Origin: Fistulifera solaris
Lineage: Eukaryota
NCBI GenBank assembly: GCA_030295235.1
Contig: AP026132.1
Coordinates: 1,240,001-1,304,000, forward strand
Direction of reading: 5' to 3'
DNA: 64,000 bases
In this document: piece after piece, positions 34,340-46,185 of the stretch
Numbering within the stretch: position 1 is the first letter of the stretch
Layout of the letters: every line of letters begins with the position of its first letter
Position numbers and translations under genes: made by a program
Notes under the pieces: generated by a model
The model's input: the letters and a program-made list of their open reading frames with translations, nothing else
What the model was told of the DNA's origin: nothing
Database searches by the model: none

Positions 34340-35746
34340 ATGGATGCAATAGATGGAGCAATGTCGGGCGAAAAGATGGCGTTACAAGAGTTTGCGCAGA
34401 GTTTAGGGGCCTGGAATTCGATCTCCGCAACAGGCATTGGTGCTGATGAAGACGATGGACGCACTCGTCAAGAAGCTACATTGCTGATGAGTCTCTCCTC
34501 TGCAGCTCCCGATGCTACAGAGACAGACAGTTTGTCAGAGTCTTCAGCATACTCGCGAAAAGACGAGTTTCGATTTACATGCCCTTCGTTGTCACTAGAG
34601 CGCTCCATGAGCTTCTCTTCGAGATCACTCATTCGCCGTGTTAGTAAACAGAATCCTGTGCCCGCAACTTTGCTTCGACGACCTCTTACAGTAGAAGACA
34701 GAGATGCACTCTTGTTAAATGCTGATGCGATGGCTCGTAACATGTTGCAGTCATATCAAAAGGCTATGGAGTGGAGAATTCAAGTGTGGATCGCTTCTCT
34801 TTCGCGTGCACTTGTGACGGAAGAAAAGAAGCTACTGGCTCAAGGAGCTAGCGAAGAGGAAATCAAGCAACTCTGCGACTCTCCAGAGGCTCGTCTTCTT
34901 TTGGCGCTTCGAGAAGTTGAGAAACGTATTCATGTCACCGGAGCAGGGACACTTTTCCGCGTGCAAGATGAGTGCTCTCAAGATACGAGCAATGTACAAC
35001 CTTCCAAGAAGCAGCGTGTGGAATATGAGCATTGTGAAACATACACCGTGAAGCATGATATTATTCTTGATTGCTTCATTACGCTACAAACACCTGCCGG
35101 GCACTCCGAAATCAAATTGGAAGTTCCAGGTACTATGGAAGGAGCGTTCGTTACTGGTGAGAATCATCTTACCGATGAGATCACATCTGTAGTTGTCGAT
35201 CTAAACACCGATATGCTGGCAGCTATGATGGAGAAAAGTTGCCGCAAGATTGTTCGCTTATCAGCGGAGAGTCTTTTGGGAAACTACGCTCATCCAAGTG
35301 TGGAGCAGGAGACCTGCTCGACGCCTATCAAGACACAGCTTTCGCCTCTTTGCGAAGATCCTGAAGATGTTCTTCCCCCATCCTCCTCTCCTTCGTCAAG
35401 CATGACACCGTCAAGACTCTCGTTCCGCGAGTCACAAACACAGGATGACTTTTCGGCTGTCATGGTGACGCCACCTGCAAGAGTCTCCACACTACGCAAG
35501 CGTTCAAACGATAGTGTGATGATGCCCATTCCGGATGACTTGGACGACAAGCCCAGTCGTATTTCTCCTTCAAACTCCCTTTGGTCAACTCCATTACCAA
35601 GCACTAGTAATCGTCTTGGTCGACAAGGACTCGCTCTGGTGTCTCCTCCACCTGGAGACTGTCGCGAGTATCATGAAGGCAACGAAAATGGCCCTTCGCT
35701 TCCTATGCTTGTGGAAGCGGCCTGCCGTGCTATGCAAGCAAACTAA
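34340..35746 (+). CDS. Hypothetical protein (468 aa) with Ser/Pro-rich C-terminal half
   Basis: Long ATG-initiated ORF with coding-like composition; no family recognised. Confidence 0.75.
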   Translation: MDAIDGAMSGEKMALQEFAQSLGAWNSISATGIGADEDDGRTRQEATLLMSLSSAAPDATETDSLSESSAYSRKDEFRFTCPSLSLERSMSFSSRSLIRRVSKQNPVPATLLRRPLTVEDRDALLLNADAMARNMLQSYQKAMEWRIQVWIASLSRALVTEEKKLLAQGASEEEIKQLCDSPEARLLLALREVEKRIHVTGAGTLFRVQDECSQDTSNVQPSKKQRVEYEHCETYTVKHDIILDCFITLQTPAGHSEIKLEVPGTMEGAFVTGENHLTDEITSVVVDLNTDMLAAMMEKSCRKIVRLSAESLLGNYAHPSVEQETCSTPIKTQLSPLCEDPEDVLPPSSSPSSSMTPSRLSFRESQTQDDFSAVMVTPPARVSTLRKRSNDSVMMPIPDDLDDKPSRISPSNSLWSTPLPSTSNRLGRQGLALVSPPPGDCREYHEGNENGPSLPMLVEAACRAMQAN

Positions 35747-36039
35747 ATCTGCTCTATCGCATCTTCATCTATCGATGACGCCTCGCACGTTCTTCGGCGA
35801 GACTGTTTCTTTGATACTGTTAATAATTTGTGGAAAACTTATTTGTATGAAGCAGCTTCATGAAGCTGATCGCACGAACGACCCTCTTGGAAACAAGGGA
35901 CGTCGCTGTGAAATAAACTGTTAATTACATAGTTCATCTCAATTGCGCTAAATCAAGGAGTAGAACGTGCGCCGATAGAGTCGCTTTAACAAGAAAAAAG
36001 AGTCGGCTATCTGATTACTTTGCGTTTTATGCTTTTTGA

Positions 36040-37161
36040 TTATTCAAAAGGAGGCTTGCTAATGCATTCGACAGTTTCTTTGGTAATAGGATGTTTGAAT
36101 CGAATCAACGACGCATGAACGCACATTCGTTGAGGCTGTTGTTTTTGTACCTGCACCTGGACATCCTCCGTAGCAGCGCCTGCTGGTAATTCGCTGGAAT
36201 CCAATCCACCATTCGGTGCGGCAGTACCTTGATATCCGTAAACGAAATCCCCAACGATCGGATGACCCCGGGCGGCACAGTGCACATTCAGTTGATGCGT
36301 TCGCCCCGAGATACTCGTTAGTTGCAATCGTGTTACTGGAGCGACCTGCTGTTCGGGCTGTAAATAGTCTCTTGTTTTGACAACAAAGTGAGTCATGGCA
36401 GCTTTGGGTGCCTCCATTAGTTTCCGAGGCACAATGTCTGGATTGAGATCGAGCAACCGCCGTTGCTGTTCTTCTGTCGATACGCGCATGAACGGTGGAT
36501 GATCGATATCACGCATGAGTGGTAATCGAATAAGACCTTCCGACTCATTCAGATGTCCGACTACGAGCGCTTCATATTGCCTAGTAATTTTCCGTGTGCG
36601 AAAGAGTGTTTGCAGTCCTCGCACGCCTTCCATGGTCAAGGCACAAACCATAAGTCCGCTGGTTTCTCGTCCCAATCGATGAACAATCATTTGATCTATA
36701 GTAATACCAGAGGGCTTACACGCTTCAAAGATAGCCTGCGCCAGTGATGGATACTCCTTGGATGTACATAGCACCCCGTACGGCTTGTTGACGACCACTA
36801 GATGGTCATCTTGGTAGACGATTTCAAGATCCTATATTTTTTTAAGTGAAAATGTGAGTGAAAGCGTCGGGTCGATCCTAGATACAACGATGGTTGCTGC
36901 GCGACTTACGCTTGGCTGTATGGTTGTACTTGTTTCATCTTGCTTTCGTAGAATCTCCATTTGAGTTTGTAATTTCTGTCGCACCTGTTCGGAAGGTGAG
37001 GAAGAAGATTGGTCGGATATCTCTTGCGATTGATAGCGGCGTAGCAGTTCGGAATTTCGCGGTAGTAAAGAAGGATTTAGTAGAGGAATGAAAGCATGGC
37101 TATAAGCAAGAATCATCATTAACGGCAATAAGAAGCCGATACTGAAGTAAGATGTGGCCAT
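36040..37161 (-). CDS. RluA-family pseudouridine synthase-like protein B, plastid-targeted; intron 36832-36909; catalytic Asp replaced by Gly
   Basis: SHA-FIP presequence, DLEIVYQDDHLVVVNKPYG, VHRLGRETSGL and SGRTHQLNVHCAARGHPIVGD. Intron is at the same position as in paralogue A. Confidence 0.87.
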
Positions 37162-37745
37162 GATCCTTCTGTTGTTGGTTTGTGCAACTTTGAGACAGAA
37201 AAGAAAGCGAATAGCAGCCAGCCGACTCCACTATCAACTCAGCAATCAAAAAGAGGTTAACAGTTGTTTCCGGAGCACCGAAGAAGCGGAAAGATCCAGA
37301 GCAAAGTGAATGCTTTTCAAAAAGAGTCGCTAATAGATGGATCGAAGAGAAAGAGAAGTGTTTTGTTGACAGTTGACATCTGCTCGGCAAACAATAAGTG
37401 TTCATCTCGCTCCGGCTGATGGATCGCAAGTTACACGTCTTATCGGTTATAAAACTCATAGTCCTTCTAAGTATGACACGTGTATCTTTCGAGTATGGCC
37501 TAACGTGTAGATTACTTTTTTTCACGACTGCAATAACTTAACCTTAACCTTACGCCTTCATCCATATTTTACTCATGACTAACACGCAGTCGTGGAGAAA
37601 TCCGGAGAACACTTAACGCAGACAAACCGCAGCGCTGCGTTCATTATTACGCGACGAAAGTGAATAGTCCTATCGTCGTATATTTATCAATGTTCATCAC
37701 ATGATTGTGATCCATCTCGCTATCATTTAATAGTATTAAAAAAGC

Positions 37746-38871
37746 ATGTCGAACCCGCCTAAAAGCAAGCGCATGAAATACAGTCAAATTCAGCAAGCAA
37801 ACCGCAATTCACTGGCCGTGATTGTATTAGACGTGAGTCCTCTCGCTTGGGGAGAGCACGATGTAAAAAGGAAAGCTCTCGATCGGGCTCGTCAGGCGGC
37901 GGGTAAATCGAGTATGGGACCGGCGATTTTAGAGGAAGTTTTGCAATCCGTCGTAGCCTTGTGCAACTGCGTTGTGTCGCTCGAACGCTCTTCTGCTTTG
38001 ATTATTCTAGCTGTCGCAAACAACGAATGCGCAACTGTATTCCCTCGCAAAGATCAGCTTGCACATTGGATGGTGGGATCGTATACCCCAAATACACAAC
38101 AGATATCGGAGTTATTGATCACGGGTGTCGCGGAGCTGTTGACGAGAGTCGTGACGAACGACAAACCCCAAGATCCAGATTTCCGACAAGCGGCTATGGC
38201 TGCGGCCTTTTCATCAGCTCTCTGTCTTTTGAACCGCATGATGGTAGTCGCTCGTGCGGGAGGAGTTAGTGCTTTGCAGCAGCCGCACTATTTGGAGCGA
38301 GCCGAAGATGAAGGCGTAGTGGCCATGATGGAGACCTCGGGCAATAGCAATAACAATTCGAATCTCAATGCAAACTCCAAGTCGGCGTGGTCGCCACGAA
38401 TCTTACTCATTCAAGCGTCGGAAGATCGCGCTCGTGATTACAATGCTTTTATGAATTGTGCATTTGCGGCAAAAAAAGAAAAACATTACCGTGGATGGAT
38501 GTTTTCTTACCGCTTCTACCAACCCCAAAGATGCTACGTCGTCATCTAGCAGTCGATTCTTGGAGCAAGTCTGTGATTTGACGGGAGGTGTCTATTCGGC
38601 TCCCTCTGGAATGGCACAAGTTGGCGGAGCATTGACACAAGTATTGCTCAGTGTCTTTCTGGCACCCGTGCCTTGTCGAACGGTCTTGAATTTACCGGCT
38701 CTGAACAAGGTGGACTTTCGGGCTCGCTGTTTTGAAACGGGCGCGACTGTGGATCAAGCTTATGTTTGCAATTTGTGTTTGAGCATCTTTCGAAATCGCC
38801 CGAACGGATCTTATTGCCCCACGTGTCAAGCGAAGATTGTTGCCGATCCTATGAGACGAAAGTCGATTTAG
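37746..38871 (+). CDS. TFB4: TFIIH subunit Tfb4/p34; frameshift in A-run ~38471-38477
   Basis: vWA-like LAVIVLDVSP, SSALCLLNR, RILLIQ and YNAFMNCAFAA, then NITVDGC..LEQVCDLTGGVY..VDFRARCF..YVCNLCLSIF..CPTC zinc finger. Confidence 0.9.
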
Positions 38872-39182
38872 TTATGGCGACTGCATGTCAAGTTCAATAT
38901 AATTGCGTCTAAAGACTTCTCGATCGAGGCTTTTCGCCAACCGGTTCGTTCATCGACGCATGGCTACGTCAATTAGTCAGGATAGATGATGAGGGAGATT
39001 AACTCAAGCGCAATTGGGAAAAGTAAGTGATGATTAGTTCACAATCAGATGTATTGCTGAAAGCATGTTGACGTGGACCACACAGTGTTCTTGTTGAAAT
39101 AGAATCAAGCTTGCTAAAAGCATGTTTAAAGGTTAATATCAAGAAGTTGGTAGCGGCGAGAAGCGACAGAACGAGAGGTAAA

Positions 39183-39875
39183 TCATATCTCGAAGAGAAT
39201 GGAAGATTCTCGCAGCAGAGGACTCTTTAAGTGGAGTTGAGTTTGGTTCATGCTTTCAGAACCTCGGAGTGGTCTTACACCCATTGAATGGTCCTCTTCC
39301 ATACTGGCGATACGCTTTGGTGGAGCCATGGCTTTATCCTTCTTGTGCTGCGCATCTTTTGAACAGCCGTGTCCTATTACTGGCCAATGCGCACCTTCGC
39401 TTCCAATACTGTTCATCGAGGCTGTCTGCTGCGTTGCGAAAGAATCCTCTAAAAACGGCAGGCGTTTGGGAACGGTGGGGGGATGACATGATAGGTTCCG
39501 AGGTTCCTCAAGGGTTCTCGAGATCCGATCGCGACTTACTCGCCAGCGGTTTCGGTATGATGCTGGCACTGGTTTCCAATTTGCTATTAGCTCAACCTTT
39601 GATAGCGCATTTGATGAATAGACGTTCGGAGATTCTTGGTTTTGACTTGCGTTTGATCGGCTTCGAGTCGTCAGCATCCGCTGGTATTCCACATATTTTG
39701 CCTCGTCTTCGTCCTCAGAGTCCGACGATGATTCATATTCACCGCTTGACAAATCATCCAACGTTATGTCTGATGCCGCAAATGAGTCGTGAAACAACCA
39801 GCACTCGACTCTTGGGATCGGGATAAAATTGGAAGAAAAGTCATGTATCACGATGCTCTCATCATCTGCTCTCAT
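39183..39875 (-). CDS. Hypothetical low-complexity protein (230 aa)
   Basis: ATG-initiated ORF. The acidic block followed by KYVEYQRMLT is shared with the ORF at 40860-41147. Confidence 0.6.
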   Translation of the reverse strand: MRADDESIVIHDFSSNFIPIPRVECWLFHDSFAASDITLDDLSSGEYESSSDSEDEDEAKYVEYQRMLTTRSRSNASQNQESPNVYSSNALSKVELIANWKPVPASYRNRWRVSRDRISRTLEEPRNLSCHPPTVPKRLPFLEDSFATQQTASMNSIGSEGAHWPVIGHGCSKDAQHKKDKAMAPPKRIASMEEDHSMGVRPLRGSESMNQTQLHLKSPLLRESSILFEI

Positions 39876-40859
39876 GGTTGCTATCTTTGCTATATTATGT
39901 GTTCAGTCTATTTCAAAAATCACGATCGATTTCCGTGTGTTCTTTACTTTAGGTGTTCGGGTTTCGGTTAGAACACCCGGCAGAACAAACAGACTCAGGC
40001 GTGCACTGAGAAACCAGAGAAGCTTTTTTCACTGATCCACAAAAGAGAAAAAAGGTTTTTCGTTCGGGTGGGCTACAGAAGACGCCAGGCTGAAAAAGAC
40101 ACACACTTTCGACACGGCTCCCGTCTTTTCAATTGTGACCTATCTGAATGAATAGTCGTTGTTTGGCTGGGGTTCACTTGGGTGGCTTGTGCTTTAGTGG
40201 AATGATGAATGGTTACCGATCACCGATCACAAGGTCTATGTACTTGACTTCGTGAACCGGAAGAATTTTCGTCGAACACTTCTTTGGCGTTATCGTTTTT
40301 TACGTCCGGGAGAGACAGAACACGGATGGCAGTACTATTTAGGGGATAACACCAACAGGCTATTTTTACCGTTACGGAGTACGGAGTATTTCGAAAGCCG
40401 GGAATATCTATGCTCTCATTTCATGTTTTCAATCGTCGATCCCTTCCCGGCACGGATTAAATTTTCCACGGAGTATAACTTTATCATCTAAATTTATTCA
40501 AATGCGAAGGAACAATAACCAGCGATCATGGTGTTTCATCCTCGTCTGAATCCACAATCAAGACTGATGCCCGAGAAAGCTGCAAATAAGCTTGCACGAA
40601 GCTCCGCTGCTAGAGATATCATCTACAGGCAATTCCAAATTCACAGTCTGAGCTACGAAAGATTGATAGACCGCCAACACAATTAATGAATACTATTAAC
40701 TAGGAAGAAGTGTATGCTTTTTCATGTACCATTCGAGTCAAATGAAAATGCGAGTACTGTAAAATTTATAGGACACGTTTACTATATATTGAAGTGTTGT
40801 TTTACGACAGAATTCGTATACCGTATCAAAATCGACCGATTTTTTCCTCCTCTGCACCA

Positions 40860-41147
40860 CTATGACATTGCGGTAAAATCATGATCTTTCGACGTCTTTT
40901 TGTTTAATCGATTTCCTGCCGTTAGCATTTGACGATAGTCATCGAATTTCCTGCTATCTTCTTCCTCTTCGGAACTCCACGAGTCATCCCATGATGATAA
41001 AGATGATTCATCGCTTTCATTGAAACAATAATCAAGCGTAATTTCCGTTGATGTCGAAGCGTTGAACGTCTGAGAGTCCTGCCGATGTTCCATTGCCGAA
41101 ACGTTCGGCCACACATTCGCTGATCGATGACTTCCTGGTTGATTCAT
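40860..41147 (-). CDS. Short paralogue or fragment of 39183-39875
   Basis: ITLDY..SSEEEEDSRKFDDYRQMLT versus ITLDD..SEDEDEAKYVEYQRMLT. Confidence 0.45.
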   Translation of the reverse strand: MNQPGSHRSANVWPNVSAMEHRQDSQTFNASTSTEITLDYCFNESDESSLSSWDDSWSSEEEEDSRKFDDYRQMLTAGNRLNKKTSKDHDFTAMS

Positions 41148-42223
41148 GCTTTTGATGTTTGTAATGCCCGACTTTTAACTTTGTTGGGCAACAAAGCAAT
41201 GAGTAAAGCTCTGTTTGCTAGGCGAAAAGTCAAAAAAACGTATTGAGTGTTTCTGGGCTCTGGGCTGCCGAGGAGAGTCAGTCGTCATTTTCCATTTTCC
41301 AACTTCCGATTTCTGTTTCCGATCCGAGCTGGTTGTGTGTTGATCTTTGCATAGCACGATGCACGATCCAAAGCTAAAGCGATCACTGTGAGCTGCAAAG
41401 TAAGCGGTGCACATGGTCGTCCATAATTAATTTTTTAGATCTCTACTAAACCTAATTCTGTCTTGGAAAACGTAATCTCTTTTGAGTTCTTCAGTTCTTT
41501 CGGATAACGACCATAAGACCAATCATTCAATCATGCATCACGAATTTCTGTCCCATTTCCCATCGTGTCTCGTTTTTAACGTGTCAGCCGTCGGCTCGGC
41601 TGCCGCTTGACGTTGTCAGCTGCATGAACATGAATCATCATGAATCAAGAACCTATTCTATACTCTGTGCTATACATTTCGTATTTATTACTTCGTAGGA
41701 TAATCTTAGCTCTTTGCACTCTGCAACTCTGCAGCCTGCAGCTTGCAGTTCAACGCTCAGCACTCAGCAGTCGTTATTCGTTGTTCTTTTTATTTCTGGC
41801 GCTGGGTTTCAGGGCCGGTTGGCGGTTGCTTCAAGCTCAAGCCAACAAAAATAAATACGTTGTACATCGCCAACGAGGTTCTTCGTTCTACTCATTTTAA
41901 ATGGATCTCTCTAGATTCTAGCTAGAGATCATGTTTTTCTTTGCATGATTCTGCCTTATACCAGCAGCAGGCTGCCAGCTGATCGACTGATCAAAACTAG
42001 CTTCAACTCTCTAATTCGTTATCCCTAGTTTTATGATCTTTGATTAGGATTTATTACTGTGTCACCTCTCAGGAATACCCATCACAATGGGAAAAGGACC
42101 AACCAGAAAGAGACAAAAGACGACCTTCCTTTCCATCTGATTCGAATTCTAAGCAAGATGCGATGCAAACGATTTTCGACATCGGACGGGCTGCATTATT
42201 ATTTTTACTCTAGCACTAAATAA

Positions 42224-42514
42224 ATGCAACGTCTCGAATGCCTACGTAGAGCTCACGTAGCGCTCGTATGGAAATCTATGGACAGAGGGAAACCCGGAGG
42301 TGGTGAAACTTTGATGTCACCATTTTTCAGGTGTTTTGTGCTTTAGTGCATTCTCGGATTCACCAACATCTGTAGGGTGTGCCAATGAACGATTGACGAC
42401 ATCAAATTGACTGAAAAATAGGTAAAACGGCAGGAAACATGCAACGCTTCTAATGTCTACGTAGAACTGACGTAGCTCTCGTATGGAAATTTTTCGACAG
42501 AGGGGAACCCGGAG
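42224..42514 (+). repeat. Imperfect 76-bp direct repeat, 215 bp apart
   Basis: ATGCAACG..CTACGTAGA.CT.ACGTAGC.CTCGTATGGAAAT..GACAGAGGG.AACCCGGAG at 42224-42299 and 42439-42514. Confidence 0.8.
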
Positions 42515-42812
42515 CTCCAGAACGTCTGTAAGTGTCTTCTGCAGACGTCAGACATCATGGACATCATGATCCAGCGTCACACAAAATTTCTTGACGAAAT
42601 TTTCTTCTTTTCTCATTTTTCGAAGCCCTACCTGGAAAGGAAATAACACGCTACCTGGTACCAAGGAAAGAACTTCCATCAAGATAAAGACCTTTTCAAG
42701 ACTTTGCCATCGAGAACTATCTATTAGTTTACATATCATTGTAACCATCTTGTCAAATGGTGATTTTGCTTGCAATAAAAAAGACAGTGATAGCAAAGTT
42801 GTGTCGCCTGTG

Positions 42813-44606
42813 ATGACCGATTATTGCATGAGTTCTCTCTTGCGACGTTCTTACCACTCTGAACTTTCATTCTACAACGGGATACATGTCTTTCTTTTTG
42901 GCTTGTTGATTTATATTCTCTTTCGTGTACATCGCTGGAAAAGCACAGAAAGAGAACGATTTGATTGGCCGTATGTGAAGCTCGATCAAATGAGATGCAG
43001 TCGTGATAAGCAGAACATCGAGGAAATCGGACTCGATAAACTTCCTGCAAGCATAGAGACTATCTTTGAGGTTCTAGAGTCGAAGTTCTCAAAAATAATG
43101 TGGATCAATGAAGACACATTTATATCGATGAACGGATGGAGTATCAAACGCTTCATGGAAGCACCCGAGTTGCATAGAATGTTGGCACTTGATTTCACTT
43201 GCTCGAGGAGAAATGGGCCTTGGAAACGACTTCATGTTTACAGCAGATCCTCCCAATCCGCAGTTGAGGCTGTTTTGACTCTTATGGCTTTCGAACATAA
43301 ATTCAATACGGTCGACATTTGCTATCACCGTGACATCAGCGATCCCGAAATACCCCTAGATATTTCCGCATTTACCCCCGAGTTCATTCGATTACTGTTT
43401 GAGATGAGTCTGAATCGCCATATCGAAATTGGATTCGAGGGCCTCTGTTTCACACCTGAACAAAGTGAGGCTTTGGCACGTTACTCATTTTCTTTGAACT
43501 TGGGGCACAACACAACCGCCGATGGCGTTGCCTTTATTAACGCATTACGAAAGCGAGATCAGCCCCTACACTCACTTAGCTTGCGAGAACGGCCATTTGA
43601 CGACGTGAACTGGAGCCATCTTCTTTCGCAACTGGCAGAATGCAGAACTACGCTTGTCCATTCTGTCACGCTATTTCATGGGTGTTTTGTTGGGTCGCAC
43701 GAATGTCCTCTCCTCGTGAAAGCTCGAGTCGAAAGGCTAACGGTGCATAGTGCATGCTTCCATGACGACGGAGAAGCTCTTGTTGAAGCGGTTGCTCAAG
43801 GTAAATGTCCGCCTCATCTTCATCTCATTGGTTATCAACCAGAAATATTCGTGCGGACGGTACAATCTCTTTCGGAAAATTCATGCACATTAAAGAGTCT
43901 TTGGATTAGTCTATCGGGCCCGCAGCATGCGTCGCATCTTCACCACGCTTTGCAGATAGCTCTAGCAAAGAATCGCTCCCTAGAAGCTTTGACCATCGAC
44001 AACGTTGTGGACGTGGGTGAATGGGTGGCTACATTTGCTCCTTTGATCTCGAATCCAACATTATGTAAGCTGTCCTTGAACCATATTGAAACAACCAGCC
44101 TTGAAGCAGCCCGGGCGATTGTACAAATACTGGAATCGAATCGCAAACTCGAAATATTATACGGCTTCTCTGAATCTCCGCGAAGACAATGCCGGGATGC
44201 ATGGGAGAAAACGATCGAGAATACTCAAAGATTCAATCGGTTTCTCCGGAACGCCACACCATTTGTCTCAAACAACGGATATTATTTCCGAGAAGCTCTT
44301 TTCAATGAGGCTCTCGCTCGGAACCGCCATGACTCACGTCGTATGTCGATACTCTTTTCTCAGAATGCTGATTTGTTGGTCAATGTAAAACCTACGACTG
44401 ATTTAGCACAAAGCAGCCATGTTTGGTCTGGTATAAAAATGGAGTGGGTGCGAATACATCAAACGCAACGACAAAATATATCACGATGGTTACATGCAGT
44501 CCAAGAATATGTACATATGCGAGCGGATGATCTCGGACATCGCCTCACTAATGCCTTGATTTGTTCTAATCTTGAGTGGCACCGCGATCAAGAGAATCCC
44601 TTGTGA
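42813..44606 (+). CDS. RNI-like degenerate leucine-rich-repeat protein with an N-terminal hydrophobic segment
   Basis: LxxLxL repeats (PLHSLSL, TLKSLWI, NRSLEALTI, NPTLCKLSL, NRKLEIL). Probable ATG at 42813. Confidence 0.65.
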   Translation: MTDYCMSSLLRRSYHSELSFYNGIHVFLFGLLIYILFRVHRWKSTERERFDWPYVKLDQMRCSRDKQNIEEIGLDKLPASIETIFEVLESKFSKIMWINEDTFISMNGWSIKRFMEAPELHRMLALDFTCSRRNGPWKRLHVYSRSSQSAVEAVLTLMAFEHKFNTVDICYHRDISDPEIPLDISAFTPEFIRLLFEMSLNRHIEIGFEGLCFTPEQSEALARYSFSLNLGHNTTADGVAFINALRKRDQPLHSLSLRERPFDDVNWSHLLSQLAECRTTLVHSVTLFHGCFVGSHECPLLVKARVERLTVHSACFHDDGEALVEAVAQGKCPPHLHLIGYQPEIFVRTVQSLSENSCTLKSLWISLSGPQHASHLHHALQIALAKNRSLEALTIDNVVDVGEWVATFAPLISNPTLCKLSLNHIETTSLEAARAIVQILESNRKLEILYGFSESPRRQCRDAWEKTIENTQRFNRFLRNATPFVSNNGYYFREALFNEALARNRHDSRRMSILFSQNADLLVNVKPTTDLAQSSHVWSGIKMEWVRIHQTQRQNISRWLHAVQEYVHMRADDLGHRLTNALICSNLEWHRDQENPL

Positions 44607-44828
44607 TCTCTATCATGTTTGTTAACATTTTGAGCTTGTACATAGCTACTGACTCTTGTACTTAGTGCGTATACTAATTGTGATTGGATTTCATGTAGGT
44701 GTCTGATAAGTATTATCATTTTTCTATAACAAGCCACTATCTTCGTGGCTATCGCACAACCGACCATACAATGTAACCAGGATACAGCACGAACAACGAG
44801 CAACTTTAACGATATACGATAGCTGTTT

Positions 44829-45706
44829 TCAAGGAGCGGGGACAACTTTTCGCTGTCCATCCTTGACCTTGAAATCAATGTTCGTCAGTCGCACTCCTCC
44901 TAAAATATTTTCGGGCAACGTTTCTGGTGAATCTCCTTCGAGGAGGAACATCATATCTACAGTCAAGCTCTTGGCGCACCCTATCGCACAACGAACAATT
45001 CGTTGAGCTACCTTGTTCGAACCAATATCGACAACCATTTCCAAGAAACGGTCGGTTCGCGTGTAATAGTGCTTCAGTTTTTGCCCTAAGACGGCGGGTT
45101 TGCTCCCCACGGCCTTCCTAACCATAACATTCCCTTCAACGATCCTCGGTATAAGTTTGAATGTCTTGTTTCGCACCTCATCATCATCACCAAAGAAGAA
45201 TGGCTCCGCTAATTTTCCGAGCGGGGTCGAAGTATCTTTAAAACACTCACATCTTCAATACCAAAGTACGCTACCCAATGGTAATTAGCAGTTCCCGCCG
45301 GAACACACAGATTCACCGCATAAATGAACGCCGGTAAGATTTGCTCCCCCGTTTCCTGTTCCTCTCGTAAGGCAGTTTGAATCCGTTCACTCGGATGCGA
45401 ACACAACCCCGTCAACAGAGGCTCATCTACTTGCACGAGATCACACGTTAGTAACTGAAAGACGCTCGGAAGTGACGGAGTCTTCACTTTATCTTCCAAA
45501 TAAGTAACACTACGAACATCAAATTCACGCGCATCTCCTTCTTCCCAAGCGTTGCGACGCAGCGGCATAGGAACGAGTGCAAACTGTGCTGTCTCGTAGG
45601 GGTTGTGACGAACGCGCTGTTTCTCAAGTTCTTCATCCGAAGACGGAGCCGTCGGAGACGACGGGCGCGAATGTTTGTTGCGGCGAGCTTGAATGCGTGC
45701 TAACAT
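44829..45706 (-). CDS. EDR2 C-terminal domain (DUF1336) protein; frameshift ~45240
   Basis: FDVRSVTYLEDKVK, YAVNLCVP, RNKTFKLIPRIVEG..VRKAVGSKPAVLG, LEMVVDIGS and LEGDSPETLPENILGGVRL. Confidence 0.85.
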
Positions 45707-46185
45707 GATGGCTAGTTTGCAAAGTGCAGTCTTTTTCGAATAAAAACTGTAGCCGCTCTTTACAAATGCTGTAATAAAGGTACAAGGAACGAAAGTAACT
45801 TTCAGCTGATATTTAGCAATGTTCTATCGAATGATGAGGAATCTCCTCGTCGAGAAAGACAGATTGTTGCCTTTAGTTTGTGTCCTTGTTGTTGCGAGGT
45901 CGATAACGAGAGTGACCTTTATGTGGAGCGTGTTTTTCCCCCTCCACAAAATCAACGGACCTTTCTTTTCTTCGAAAAGGGAAAGTTTTTGTCCGTGATA
46001 CTACATTTCCGTCTATACAAAGACTTATGCTGTTAAACTGTTTAGAAGGCAAGACCCAAAGCTTGGTCTCGGATTAATTGCTGGAGTACCGGAGCACAAG
46101 CCTTTGCCCAAGGAGGACGAAAATTTTCACGAAAACGGACCGCGTGCCTTCCACACGACAAGAACTAACGCGAACCTTCATCTCG

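Noticed and set aside
38458..38490. Programmed ribosomal frameshifting at slippery A-runs (TFB4, Tic22, MORN)
   Set aside because: The shifts occur in both directions in many unrelated genes with no common stimulatory structure. Homopolymer error is the simpler explanation.
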